Below are positions 14,301 through 28,600 of a DNA stretch of 64,000 bases, piece by piece. The notes under the pieces are model-generated. The model did no database searches. It was not told the DNA's origin and saw nothing but the letters and a program-made list of their open reading frames with translations. The translations under genes and the position numbers were made by a program. Numbering within the stretch: the stretch's first letter is position 1; each line of letters starts with the position of its first letter. The DNA comes from Balanoglossus misakiensis (lineage: Eukaryota; Animalia; Hemichordata): contig CM082596.2 in assembly GCA_040954595.2 (NCBI GenBank), positions 1,951,854 through 2,015,853 on the forward strand, written 5' to 3'.

Positions 14301-16834
14301 CTTATAAAAACAAAATAGGGCTACTGAACTTCGCCTGACCTTATAGGGAAACATGTTGTTGACTGTCATCATCAAAAGAAGATTTCAGACGCCCTTATTT
14401 CTTTGCTCCCTTTCATTGACGCCACTCAAGGTTAAAATGAAGATTAGTGATTTCAGAAATCTCTCCCTCCAGCGAATCAAACCTTGAAAACCCCATATCT
14501 TTCAGGCTGGAAAATGAGTTAATGATATTCTCACTGTTGACAGCTGACTTCTTCATTGTAACCTCGAACAGACTGATGCCAAATTTAAATGTTGTGAAGA
14601 CAGGAAAGCAGTGATCCCGGCTGGGTACCACGTACAAATATAGTTTCTGTGATCACGTATTAAAGATACATATGCCATGGTCAAAAGGGCGTGTCTAAGT
14701 CTTGTAATTTCAAAGAACTAGTAACAAGGACTCGAGGTGTTTTGTCAAGTTTACTACTCTACCGGCGCTTTCCAATTTGGCATGCAATAACAGGAAAGCA
14801 GTAAGACAGCTTTGGCATTAGGACCGGATCAAAACGCGTATGTACTTGTAATTATCCTTGTTTACACCGTTAGAAGCAATGTGTTCTCACCGGTTGCAAA
14901 ATCACGAAGGTCATGTCCTAATGGACGTCGCATAAGTGGCACAGTGTGCATGTACTTCTATCTATCTATCTCTCTCCCCCCCCCTCTCTCACTACTATAT
15001 CTCCTCTCTCTCTGTAATGTTTGTACTAGAGTTTTTTCAACAACACAGTAGACATGTCTGAAAGCCCAAGTAAGCCCAATTTCACCCTAAATCTTTATGC
15101 TCTTGGAAAGCACATTAACTCATTTATGAAAATGTCAGCCCTTCAAATTTGCCACGAGCGATAATCTGTCTATTGGAAGAGTTAATGTATTATTCTGAAA
15201 ATTTACGAAAGGCATTTGGATTTGGTTTGGCTGAGACATGTTATGGAGTTATCCGATATTTAATATTTAAAAAGTGACTATTTTTATTGTGCTCACAGAG
15301 GATTCAGACAAGCCTGTGGCTGAAACTTTCTAGGCCGACTGCCTCGCTAATCTCGATGCAATACAGAGTATTATACTGTAGACACAATTCACAAAAATGT
15401 CTTTTAGGAGATTATGTTTGCATCGTTCAATAGTTTTCTAACTATAGTCGCCAGTTTGCTCAAAATGGAAATTTTACTAAAACTAACACGTGTGCCGACA
15501 GTACCTCGTCTTTCTTAGCGCTGTTGTGTAAATGACGTCGTGTTTGTCATTCTTAAAGTCATTGCACCGACGCAGGGTGTTGTAGCAGATCGATTTGAAG
15601 TGACTATAGTATTCACTATTGACACCGCAAAAACATCACTAATAGATCATTGTGCCATTCAAGATTCGACAAGTGCTCCGCGCAAACACTTCTGATGAAA
15701 CGCTTGTCATTCTTAGGATTTAAAGGCTGTACTTTTGACACGTTCAGTGTGAGTGAATGACCGTGGCGCGGGTTGTTTTCTGAGAATATTTAAAAGGTCG
15801 GATGGTGAACCCTTGAAGTGTGCTTCTTGATCCAATTACCAACCCACGGATTGATATTTTTCTTAGTTTTCTCCATTGGTTTCATTATTCGAAATCTGTA
15901 GTTGGCAATTACCTTCATATACTTGAATACTAACATATTATACATGGCTGCTCTTTGGGAGCAGTGTCAAGAATACTAAAAACATTTTGTTAATGTCAAC
16001 TAGCCTTCTCACATTACATAAATTCACGGAGGCACGTGCATATCTCGTGAGTCTTTGATCACTACTTGTTTACCAGTTACCGAGGATTATTTTTAGCAAT
16101 GTTTCTCTAGATCTCATAAACATTACATTTTATCTTGAATAATACATTTTCAGCAAATAGGGCATGGGAGTTTCAAAGAACGTAACCCGTAGGTATATGT
16201 CTCACACAAAAGCAGCTATAGAGCATTTTTTTCGGTTCAACTATATTTTACTTCGCTGACGATAAAATACAAACCATCGTCACACCATTGATGACTTTCT
16301 CGATCGACTCATTTTCAACTCATACGTAGTTAAGTAACTTTTCCTAAACGGTTTCGAAGGCGGCCATAGGGGAATATGGACACCCGCCATCAATTGCACT
16401 GTAAATGCTGGTGTTTAGACGTAAAGTTCAACACAGGCATTAGATCGTCAGTTTATGAATTTCAACGTCTCTGCCGACCTCCAGAACAGCTATAGTGTTA
16501 GTCAGCTATGTGACTTACAAGAGGCTGGCGGTAATGGCAACACAGTGAGTGTGCTGTCTAGATTATATCTCGCCGTCTACTTGACAGCGAGGCAGAAGTC
16601 GGCAGTATGCATTTTGTACGGCGTACATGTGATTACCTTTGTGGGCGGAAAGTCGCGGTGTAAAATTTCTGTGTGGTGCCTATTACAGTGCAATTGGAAG
16701 AAAAGATAAGAGGTGTACTCGGAGACGGTGACAAGACCCTGATGTATTTTGTAACTGCTGTATCCCTGTACCTCTCATCAGATAAAATACTCGACCGTCG
16801 CCAGATCATTGCCCTGTCACGCGTACCAGGCATA

Positions 16835-17075
16835 AATAGACCATTTTCTGAACTCGACTAGACCTTGCGAGATCTCGTGTGGCTAGGTATTTTATATGGC
16901 AGGTTATTCACATGTGACGTAGGACGAACAACACATGGCCCATCGAATTAAACGTCGACGTCACTAAAGGTATTATTGTTTAGTTTCACACAAAGCTTGG
17001 CTTGTATTTCTTGGCTAGCAACCCGTTGCTACAGTAACAAACCAAGTCTCGCGAGGTCTCGGAAAATCGCCTATT
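16835..17075. mobile_element. ~240-bp MITE, copy 2 of the 11135 family
   Basis: Colinear similarity with 11135-11355 from end to end; TIRs aatagaccattttc / gaaaatcgcctatt. Confidence 0.8.
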
Positions 17076-18334
17076 ATGAAGGGCACTTTCGCATCATTCC
17101 CAAATAAACAGGGTCGAACGATAGAAATTTAACCCATTAGGTGTATCGGTGACTAATGGCTAATAAAGCCAACCTGGGAGAAAATACGCTCGACTAAATA
17201 AATATATAGATGGTTTTATTTCCTTTTTATGGGCTGATGTTTATGTGGCTTGGTCCAATTTTCCGGTCAATATTCCGTCGACATCAAGCGTGCGGATATT
17301 AAAATACGCTGCTTTATTAATTTGTTGGACAGGAGCGTTCGATAAATCGAACGAGGGCTTTTGTTCCGCAATGAAGACCGGTAACAAAACGTCAAACAAA
17401 CAACAAATTTATCGGTAATATTTGAGTTTATAATTACATAAAGTGATGGGTTGTGAGTCAGCACTGGGGATGGATCAGTCTCAGATGAATTTCGGTTGTA
17501 CATGGATAGGATTTCGTCACAACCTTCAGCATGCAATAAAAACCTCATTACCTAACTACTATTTTTTAATTAAATACGTACAAACAACCATTCGTAAAAT
17601 TGTGTATCGATCAATTTGTTTCCTTGGATTCGTAGATTCCTATTAAATATTTAAAACAGCAAAGCGAGAGTGGCTAACACTACCCACGCATTATTTAATG
17701 TGTGTCAGATTTGGTAGTTTAGATTTGCGTGCAATCCTCTGCAGGGCATATTATACGCCTTTTCGCCAGTGACAGCTTGTTTCAGTTAGAGCATTGGAAC
17801 TATTGTGACTAGAAAATATTAATCAACTGAATTCTATGCAACTGCATTGGTGTTTTTGTGAATTACCTTTCTGTAAAAGAAAATTACAATTGCAGTTTTG
17901 TTGCAAAAATAATAAGTAAGCGCTAGCTATCTTCAGCTATTTTCAAGATCTTATTGCCACTAAAGAGTTCCAATCGTGCCGTGTGGACTTTACAGTTAAC
18001 TGCAAAAGAAAATCCTAATACAACTTTACCCGTGCTAATGTAAAGTGCGGCTGGTAATTTCTTAATGGGTCCTACTCTGTGAAAACGCATTACTTTGCTA
18101 TTATACAAGCCCGCCAGTGTTGGTCTGTAACTTTCCTCAAATGCGGAAATTCACTCCATGAAGTGACTTAACGTGAGAGGTAGTATAAGCAAGATTTAAT
18201 CTGCTTTCTTGAAACTTAATATTTACGGCCTGCTTTGGCTTTGTGTGACTTTTATTAGCCCTGAATCCACGTAATGACACTTATTACAGACCTGACGTTT
18301 TCCCTTTAGAAGGAGTCGTTGTTAGATCCTAAAT

Positions 18335-18430
18335 TTAATTCTTTCACTATCATGGTTTGGTCCAAATCCATTATTTGCTATGGTAAAGTTGGACCTCTCA
18401 CACTAGGATTTTAGGAGGAGGGAATTTTTA
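18335..18430. mobile_element. ~90-bp TTAA-type MITE, copy 2 (diverged)
   Basis: catggtttggtccaaatccatt...ctatggtaaagttggacctct matches the copies at 9970 and 61270. Confidence 0.65.
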
Positions 18431-21259
18431 TTTCAACGTCTTTGCTCTGCTTATCTGCATGTTATTTTCATTCCCCATAGTATAACCATGGTTACAATGG
18501 AAAGTTGTGATCTAACCAATCACATATTTTGGCGGAAACTGGGCGCCACCAAACGGCCATTCGAATGCTTATAGGCACGCCATGTTTAACCATATATGGG
18601 CTTGTGTAAATGAAGGCTTGTTGAAAACATTTCCTTTCACTATCTGTGGTAATGAGTAGGTTTCTATTCTTTTAATCCAAACGACACAAATGGATAAAGT
18701 ATAGTCTCCATCGCCTGTGATGAAGTGCCTTAACTGACGCTTGTCTGTCTCTGCAATCAAACCAATGGTAAATGCTTATAAGTGATCTGAAAAATCAACT
18801 CGTCACTTTCCACTGGTTCATGTTTACCGAGACAAATTGAATCCTACTGCGCTTCCATTCAACCTAATTGTACAGTAGCTGCACTTAATCCCGACCTTTC
18901 AAGCAACGCGGCGGCACACGTCACATACTTATAAGTGGCCTGCAGTGCAATGTCAACTAAAATTCTACCTTTCCTGTCTCTCTCTCTCTCTCTCTGGTTT
19001 TCTGACCAACTCCTTGTTATCATCACCCACCGTCTTGGACATGTGACCAGGAACTCCGCGCTATTTTTGTCAGCATTTTAGGTGCCTCGTATCCGCTATT
19101 AATTAGACCGTTGGGACACAAAAAGATGTATGTCCACAACGTCGATACAGCATTGCAACCATATATTTTCGTACATGTATACTCCCAAGGGGCATCATAG
19201 AATACTCTTTCAAAACAACTTAAATCTGTTTTGTATCTCGGAGACTTGATCTTGATCAAACAAGACACGATTGGGCTCACATTTACACCTACAAGTAAAT
19301 TATACCAAGCTGCAATATTATTTTACATTATTAAATACCCAAACGTTTCTGCAGAATATGTTTCTTTATGTTTCAATACTTGTTAACAGGTACAGTGCAG
19401 GACTTTACGATGTTAAGTCCGCCTTTACCGGTTGAGCCACTGAACACATATTATGAACGATCAAGACATTTATGATGGCCTATCGCTAACCTCTACGGCA
19501 GTTTACTTTAGATTTTCACTTTGTTTATTACAAACGTCAATTTCTGGTCCAAACGAGTTCTTGTCTCATAATTTAGTAACCCAGAGGAATGATTTTGTGC
19601 TCTAACTGTTAGAGGCACGTCACGCTTTCTCTTTTATTTCGCGCGTGTCTGTGAAAAAGGTTATATATGAGAATATTTCGCATAGGCTGCCCTGCAGATA
19701 TGGCGTTCAGTTTACAAACGACAAACACTTTCTTCGTTTGAAATCTGAAGGGGCTACTTCTCTGCCGGGTGGCATTTAAATGATGTATCTCTCACATCAA
19801 ACAGGCTTCATTTTAGGTCATCCATAGCGAAATAATGCACTTATAAAATGCCATGACATAAATTAATGTACCCATGTTTTATTGGGGTTTACATAAAGCA
19901 CTCTGCAAGAGTAGACGTTGTTATGATTTAATGAGCATGGTGAAGAAGCTTGACAAATAGAGCACTTCAAGTTGACGATCGTTCCTGTACACGTGATTTT
20001 GGCGCGTGAGGCTCTGGTCGTAACGTATACACACAATCAAATCAATAAAAATAAAACCACTGTCATACACGAGATTTAGCAAAATGACAATAATATATGA
20101 AATTAATAAAGCAGATTGCGTGATTTTAGAGATGTTTTAACCATTTCATCAATTGTCAATCACAAGAGTTCCATAACTCGTGTCACTGACGTATTATACT
20201 CAATACGCGCATTATACACGCGTAAAATTGTGCGCATTAGGTTTGAAAGGAGCTCAAACGGATTTGGTATAGACCTACGTCATATCTTTTGGTCGAAACA
20301 AAAATACAGAACTTATGCGTGATATGGCGACTTTCTGCTTCAAACATCCTTTTCAGGAAACCTTGGTGCTCGCTATTTGTCGTTATTTTTAGATAATGTA
20401 TCTTTCTACCTCAGGCTGAGTCACATCTTAGCTATACCTACACTACAGCACACGCAATCACCTGAGTGCCTTTGTATCCGAAAAGGGTTTATACGTAGAG
20501 TTTCGCCTGTCATTACAGGAAATGCAGGCGGGAGACCTCCCACTTCGTGATATTGATGATAACCGACTAATGATACAGTTAGACAGATTTGCCATAACCG
20601 CTGATCAGATTAATTTGGGCTAAAATGATCAATTTATTACGACGAGTTGATTGTGCGTTTCTCAGAGAATTTTAAATCTAGCAGAAGAAATCCATGGACA
20701 TAAATGGATTTCTTTTGTCTGTCGATGCACGCTCCCCCTCCGGGTCAGAAGAAAATGAAATTTGGTTTGTCTTGCTAATGATATTCTTTTGTGGCTCGAG
20801 TTATTAATTGGCTCTCGTTCTTGTCTTCTTGCAGGGACGACTTTCATCCGTGTTTTGCTTCCGCGTTGAGGCCGTCACCTAGCAACGGGTACTGACATAT
20901 CGACAGAGTAGCGTGCACTGACGAGTAGCTGTCTCAGGGACGTCTGACGAGCTGCGTTGAAATAAGAACGCTGGATACTTGATGGGCACAGTCGACTACA
21001 GACGAGGATTCTCGTGTCTTCTTCTCTCTTCGCTGTTGTGGTAAACACCGACCCCTGTCCGACCTACCACCGGGGACTTGGATTCATCAGACTTGCCTTT
21101 GATCGATGATTGCCCGATGTTTCCCTCGTACGTGAAGGGACTTTGTAGTCGCTCGAACATCTCTCTTGCCGTACCGCTCGACCATATCGAGTTCAGCGTT
21201 GCGTCGCTTTGACGGGAAAAATCTCTCTCTCGTCGCTGTCTTTATGACGCGGCCGTGCA

Positions 21260-22684
21260 ATGGGAAGCAATACCTACACCAACATCGGGTTAGGCGTCTC
21301 GGTAGCAGTCATAAATCTGGTAACGGTGGTTGGCAACTTTATTCTCTTGTTCATCATAATCAGGACTAGACAACTACACACGATAACCAACGTGTTCATC
21401 TGTTCGTTGGCCGTGGGGGACATGATGATGGGGCTGACTGTGATGCCGTTCACGGCGACCACGTGGATAACACAGGCTTGGATATTCGGAGACAAATGGT
21501 GCCAGGCAACGGCGTTTTTCCACTCCACGACCAGCGCGGCCACTGTCTTGAATCTAGCCATGGTCAGCGTTGACCGGTGTTTCGCGATAACCCGCCCGCT
21601 GAGGTACAATCTGATCATGACTCCGTACAGCACGCTTGGTATGATCGCCTACGTGTGGGCACACTCGCTGGTCTTGGCATCTCTGCCGCTCTTCGGTTGG
21701 GGCAGATACCACTTCTCAGATAACAGAGTGCTGTGTACCATCGACACGTCGTCCGACATGGCGTACATCGTGACAGAGCGAACGCTGAGCACTATCATAC
21801 CGGCCGGTATACTGACTTTCGTCTTTGCCAGGATCATCAAAGAAGCTTACGTGAGACAGAAACGGATTTTTGTGGCCCTACCCGTTCCGTGGCCGGTGAA
21901 TTCTCAGGGGCAAACGGCACCGACGTATAAGAGGACTACAATCAGGGCCATGCGGACCCTTTTTGTCATGGTTTCAGCTTTGGCCATACTGTGCCTTCCC
22001 TACCAGATTGTGTTCATGATATGTGTTTTCAGTCCGTCAAAAGTGCCTGCAATAAGCGAGAGCATAACAGTTATAGTCATGCTGACTAGCTCCGCCATCA
22101 ACCCGATCTTAATAACCATTCTGAACAAGAAGTTTTACGAGAAGTTCAAGAGCATCGTGTGCGGAAAGTGCGCGCGGATGACGCCGGTTATTGACGTGTC
22201 CGCCATCGACGGCAGCGCTATCGCCCCACACCACACTGTTCACACCCAGAGCACATACATGAGGTCCGAAGTGACGGGCAGCGTCTTCGGGGGAGCGAGC
22301 GTGGCTACCCCCGAGGTTTCTTCGGTCATGTTCGAGCATTCCGACGTCGAACCACCCGAAGACGGCGGCGGTGAGCAGTCGGGTAAGACAGTAGCCGGTC
22401 GAGAGGGCGGCAGTACCGTGTCTGATTTCGAGATCAGTGAGAGAGGCCAATCGGGGATCGCGGAGGACTTCACAAGAAGTAAAGAAAGCCCAGAGATCGG
22501 CGGGATAGCGGGAAGAGAGCGACGGAAAAAACACAGGACGAGAGACCGCGGGAAGATTCCGCAGCCCTCGACTTCACAAATGAATCGCAATTTGTTGATG
22601 CCACCAGGGCCTGTTCCTGAACTAACCATTCCAGCTTTCTACCGAGACACACCGAAGACAGTAGACAAAGCTGAGCAAAAGTAA
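21260..22684 (+). CDS. Class A (rhodopsin-like) orphan GPCR, GPR161/GPR101-like, single coding exon, 474 aa
   Basis: Seven hydrophobic segments. GN in TM1, SLAVGD in TM2, WIFGDKWC, DRC (DRY position), NP in TM7. YVWAHSL..LPLFGW resembles TM4 of GPR161. Long Ser/charged C-terminal tail. Candidate splice acceptor at 20834 in the 5'UTR. Confidence 0.9.
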   Translation: MGSNTYTNIGLGVSVAVINLVTVVGNFILLFIIIRTRQLHTITNVFICSLAVGDMMMGLTVMPFTATTWITQAWIFGDKWCQATAFFHSTTSAATVLNLAMVSVDRCFAITRPLRYNLIMTPYSTLGMIAYVWAHSLVLASLPLFGWGRYHFSDNRVLCTIDTSSDMAYIVTERTLSTIIPAGILTFVFARIIKEAYVRQKRIFVALPVPWPVNSQGQTAPTYKRTTIRAMRTLFVMVSALAILCLPYQIVFMICVFSPSKVPAISESITVIVMLTSSAINPILITILNKKFYEKFKSIVCGKCARMTPVIDVSAIDGSAIAPHHTVHTQSTYMRSEVTGSVFGGASVATPEVSSVMFEHSDVEPPEDGGGEQSGKTVAGREGGSTVSDFEISERGQSGIAEDFTRSKESPEIGGIAGRERRKKHRTRDRGKIPQPSTSQMNRNLLMPPGPVPELTIPAFYRDTPKTVDKAEQK

Positions 22685-25600
22685 CAGGAATTCCGATAAA
22701 ACTCTAGATTTGCAGACGCAACGCCGTGTTTCTGAGCACGACTAGCATAATACCTCCAACCACGCCTCAGCGATGGAAGTATGAAGTTTAAATTTCACCC
22801 TACATTGTACTCTCGTTATGACCAGTGGCTGAAAACGCGTGTTTTCTAAGAACAGCCAAGTTAAACATTCTGACTTACATACGCTCACAACGGGCGTCTC
22901 AATAAGACATCATTTACGTTTCGATACTCGTCAAAATCTGCCTCTGTTTTTATACAGAAATCTAATATCATTCTTATAATGGTGCTGACATTTCTACCAT
23001 CTGATATTTCTTGTTTTTAATTTTAATAAAAATGTGATGAAACATGAAATCTGATGTCTAAATATCATTATTTCGACGTTTTTGTGCGTTACCTATAGCG
23101 TTGGTATTCAGGGGGTATAGAGCATTTCAAGGCATCGGTTCTTGAAAACATGACCATTAATTTGACGAAACCACACCGGTCTATTCAGCATCAGTTACGA
23201 TATCGAATAAGGGTCACAGGAGAATTCCTAGTATTCGCCCCGGGCGGCAACGAACTTCCAAAATCACACACCCAACGAGTTCTTACTATCATTTTCATGA
23301 GTCACGCACGGATTCCCTGATCATCAAGTACCATCTCACGAAGCAATTAACTTTCTCCTTCACGCAAGAACGAACCGGCGTTGTTGACTAGAAACAATGC
23401 TAATTTACCCAAAAATAGCACCCTGGAAACGCCAAATTTCAGAATTTGCTCACGTTTACCTTAAAGCCATATTATACATTTAGACTGTACAGAGGACAAA
23501 TTGAGTCATTAAGCAGTATTCACACGTCAAGAACAAGCCTTGATAAGTTTACCTAATCTTGATCCTTAAAATGACTGCCAAGTTCCGATACGTAAAAGAA
23601 TTTCTTGATTTTCTTGAAATCAAGCTGGTGGCTAACATCTCTACTTGTTTTGGCATGAAATAGTTATAAAACCCCACAAAAAACATCAAAGATATAATTG
23701 GTTTTCATTTTGGTTAACTATGGTTATAGTGTGCGTTATTAGAGAACAACACCAGAAGAGTCAAGCAACTGGGCAGCGAGATTTCTTGCAATCGGAAGTT
23801 CAAGGTATTGCAGGAAATTATATCAAACGGGGAAAATATGTATATAGGTTTGATAGGTTGCATCAAGGACGTTCTGTTGTAAGCTTTATATTCTGATTTT
23901 CACGACCTACGGTTGTGTGAAAATTGTCTATACAAACTTCTATCTCACCCAGAGGATATTTTCAGTATTTGGTATTCCTAATGGGCCCTGATTTGAATTG
24001 GCGTTTTAGAAAACCTCTGCGATTATACGCGTCAATTATGTGCATAGAACTTCTTTTAGCACGATTTGCGAGAAGGTAGAATGTATCTATGAATACATCA
24101 CCCAAGACGCGTTTCATTGTTACTAAATATATTATGATATGATAATATGCTCCATTCATGTCATATCTTGTCGTATCCTAGGGGACAAGATAATGACACA
24201 AAGCCAAGCCAACTTCCATTATAAAATTTGCACGAATATGAATCGCTTGGGAAAACAAAAGACCCATTGTCAGTTGAGTCGTGTCCCGAGGATAAAAAAA
24301 TATTTTCTTGTTCTTGCCATACAAGTTAAAATCATTTCATGGCAAGGCACGGTACGAATGAGCCATCTTTCTGTTTAAGAATACTGTGACTGAGAACTTC
24401 GATATTGGTTTGTCGTTTCTATTGAATATGGTTATTCAATGCGTGGCGAACATTCGACACACAGTACTCTTTTAACAGTGCCTGTACTGGTTACAAAGTA
24501 TTAATGTTAACAATAGACACGTGTTCTTTGTTGACGGCTTGGATGAAATCCGAGAGGCTTCGCTTATGCGGTCATTCTCAAAGGTATCACATACGCCTAA
24601 GCCGTTGGCTTATTAGTTCTGACATCGTAATGTACGGATTCAAAGATTTGCATTATACCGCGGGAGCTTTTTTCGGCTCATTATCTTGCAGTGTCGAGTG
24701 GGTAACTGAAAAACAACCTTGGTAAAAAAATTGATATCCTACCCTCCAGTTTCGCATTTCAAAGCCTCGCACCGCTGGTCATGCTTCTGAGTTGTTGGTT
24801 CCCCCTCCCCCATTTTTAGCATTGTATAAGTGGTTATTGAGAAAAAGCCATTAAACTTTCTTTCACTGCTCATGGTCGCAAACCGATGCAGTTTTCAAAC
24901 CACCGTCAAAACAGGAAGCCTCCCATATTACTACAGCTCAAACGCACCATTAATTTGTGATTTTGACGACTACGTTTTGAAGAAAGGACAATCTTTAATT
25001 GGGCAAATATTGGCCGAAATTGAAGGCAAATACGTATGTTAGTGAACGATGATGAAGGAAATGCAGAGAGCAAACACCAATATACGTCTTCTTCATCTCA
25101 ATTACGCAGAACTATAGATCAATTTTCTTCTCATGAGTCGAGTTGATGAGCCCCTCTTAGACACGTACAAACTTTGACTTTAATGTAATACTGGCTTTTA
25201 ACTTAGTAACCCAACACCGAAACAAACATCTATTTGACGAATCTAGAATCGTAAGATTGTGACAGCCAGACATTGATGGGGAGATGAGATTTAATTGACA
25301 GGCCCGAGAATGGCCTATTCAGCACGCGTCACCTTTGAACCCTTCGAGGCAATGAAACACCCAGGGCAGCTGAAACAAGGATCTGAAGTTTTCATGACGC
25401 CGGTATGATAACTCCCTTCAATCTGAACAAAAACTCTCACATCCATTGAAGAAGAATAACAAGGAATTACCAGTATCACCATCTACTTTCTCATTTGATA
25501 CAAAGATGACGATCATCAAATCGATGTTGTGATCACCGACAAACACGAAGGATGGTTACTGCTGCTATCAACAGAATGACGTCACTGGGTTGTATTAGTA

Positions 25601-28600
25601 CACTGTATGTCAGTACAATATCAATCATTACCAAAGTCTCATGATCAATAAGACAGCATGTACAAAACTGTGTTGACACTGCCGTTTGTTGCACTATGCA
25701 ATCCATTGGAAACATTTGCGTGACGAGGGATTTTCTAACAATCTTGAAAAGACTGTCCAGGATTTTTATCACTCACGCTTCTCATACACGAACGTCACGA
25801 TGCTGTCTAGAACATCAATCATTGGATTGAACCGTGCGACAGTAGACTCATAAAAATCGATCAAAGGTCTCAAAAATATTAGACTTTCCTGCATTGTGTT
25901 GCAAAGGCTATGCATGTACAGGGAAGCGGGGGGAACAATAGTTAGTGCAAGTTTAGAGCATCCCAAATGAAGTGATGAACATTGCGTTTCTACGGAAACC
26001 GCTTACATAGAACAGTGTTGTTGACAACATACATAAACCTACTGCAAATGTTTTGATGGGTTTTTTTTAGTGAAAGAGCCATCAGTGCAAATTAACGTCC
26101 TGGGGAAAAGAATTCGCCCTGGACTGAGAGGAAAGGAGCCTAAGTGGTTGACATGTAAACGACGTTTTCGAGGAATTCCTGTTAAAGTGCTCTCACATGC
26201 CACCCAGGATTTGATACTTTAATGGAATTGTCGAGAGTCTGCGGAGGAGACAAGCTGAGGATTTCCCGGGATCTATATGTCAGTTCCTCTCTCTCTCTCG
26301 CAAAGTAAGACTAAGAGAGTATTCCGACTGTTATCATTTCCGTACATTTCTACTCTGCAACTTCGAGGGGAATCTGTTTCACTTTAACCAATGAAAATGC
26401 ACAGGACACGGTCAGTGCAAAAAGAGTGAACAAGCCCTACTCCATGTACTCTGAATTACCCAACTCGTTTCAGAAATTAAAGCAAAATTGTTTAAGTGGA
26501 GGCCAGATTCAAAATGAATGAGTTAGGGGAAAAGCCATGGAATTTTGTATTTCTACAGTTTTGCACCTTTGGAATAATCCTTAAGGCAGTTTGAGAAATG
26601 ATTATAAACCTCGTAAAATAAATGTGATGGTGAAGTTTCTGTGAGCCTAATTTTAAAAACGGTATATTTGGCAAACAGGTACAATTTCAATCAGGTTTAT
26701 TGCCCTTCTGAGGCACATGTCACAAGCCATTAAACAAAACATACATTTATACTGGTATGAAACTGTAATGGGAAATTGAAAACAGCAAATGCAGACACGT
26801 CCGTTTCCATGGCTACTGGAATTACAGCGTGAAAACGGTCAGATATATGCCAGGGGGCAATGTCACAAAAAGGTTATGACCGGAAGGACAATAAATGACT
26901 GTTAAGAACATATGTATTTATGCATATATTCCAAGACAACGTGACAGGAAAGCGGATATAAGTCACACGTGGATAAATTAGCAAGTATAATACATTAACA
27001 ATACGTAGTGAAAATACCCGAAGCATATTAAGTAATTTTCTGTAAAGAGCTTTTAGAGGAACGGCTCAGAGGAATATCATTTCAGGAAGGATTTGACTTG
27101 CTGTGATAATGGTTTCCAGTGCACATGCAGGACGTGGATGGTTTTGAAGAATCGCTGATGCAACTGTGGACACCAGGGACACTAGTGTTTACTTTGATTT
27201 ATAGCATGTACTGTAGTGATGAAAGGTTATTTTGACAGTAAGTTTATGCTTTGTTTTGCAAGTTGTTGTCTATTAGAGCCCACATGAATACGCATTGAAC
27301 CATTTTGTATGTCTCTGGAATTCGCTAAATGGTGACCATAATGTGCCACTGGCAAAACATGCACACAAAACAGAATTTACCTTCGGAACAAGAAAGTCGT
27401 TTTTTTGTAGAACAGCGAAAATGCCTCTTACTTGGCGACAAAATTACTGTGCCTGCGGCAAAGCCATTCCAGCATGATTTGATTTGAAACTATGTTGAAC
27501 TTGGTAGGTACCGTGATGTCGACGGCTTAAATGTATTACCAGAGTCTGATAAACCGTACCTATAGCCTACAGCAAATGTTTTAGAGGTTTTAGCGATAAA
27601 GGAGTAATTCGGCGACTTCGTAATTTAACAAATCGCTTTTGTAAGACTGGGGTATTACTTCGTATATTGGTTTTATTAAGAGAAGGCTAAATGCTAATAG
27701 TCGCAGCGTCGGTTCATCTCCGCCAAGTAGAGTCTCATTTCCCCGAAGACTGCGACTTTTCTCATCCAAAGGATGATCATGACAAGAGAAAGCTTGGACG
27801 AAGACTTATATGTGAATACATGCGGGAGATTACAAACAAATGGAGACTGCAGAGGCAAGAATTTTGAAGGCCTGGAAATGAAACCAGGGAGATAAGATGG
27901 ATAATACAGGAAATGGATTTTACTCGCTGTAATTTTCTGTCATTGTTAGCCTTATATGCTGGTGAAATAAAATAGACAGACAGACAGGCAGACAGACAGA
28001 CACACGTGCATACCTGCCCTCCTATAGACAGACAGACAGAAAGACGTCAACTGATCCCATAAACAACCACTTGTGTAAATGGAAAAATCACGGCAAGCTT
28101 TATGTCTTGAAGTTTTAAGTACAGGCTGCATCAAACGTCTATCTGTTGTGACATCTTAAGAGACTTGAAGAAGTGCTGAACGCATCGTGGAAGAACAGTG
28201 ACGACGATTTTCAAGACGGTGGTTGTATCAGCTGTAAATATGGCGTCGGTGGCGAGAAGAGATCGATACACATTTTGTCGTTCACTAATACACAAATATC
28301 GATTCCGTGAACGTAAAAGCCATCGAAGCGAACCGAAGAAACACGAAAAATGGAATTACTGACTCTGAATCTTTCTGTATTCATGTATGCATATATTGCA
28401 TAAGCTGTTCTCAGCATGCGGGAACAAGATTTGTATAATGAGCTCATTTTCCCTCCGTATAATGTACGTACATTATGATCACACCAGGAGCATCACCTGG
28501 TTCTTCAGCCTGGGGTCGGTCAATTTTCTTAGCTGAATGTCAAAAAGTCGCTACCCGCATGGGGTAAAAAGCGAAACTGGGTGACCCCTATTACAAATTT

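Noticed and set aside
14413-14637. Short minus-strand ORF with a coiled-coil flavour (possible LINE ORF1 relic)
   Set aside because: No diagnostic motif and no adjoining RT or endonuclease remnant that I can recognise.
27700-27895. Purine-rich, exon-like open stretch
   Set aside because: No recognisable protein and no consistent multi-exon model.
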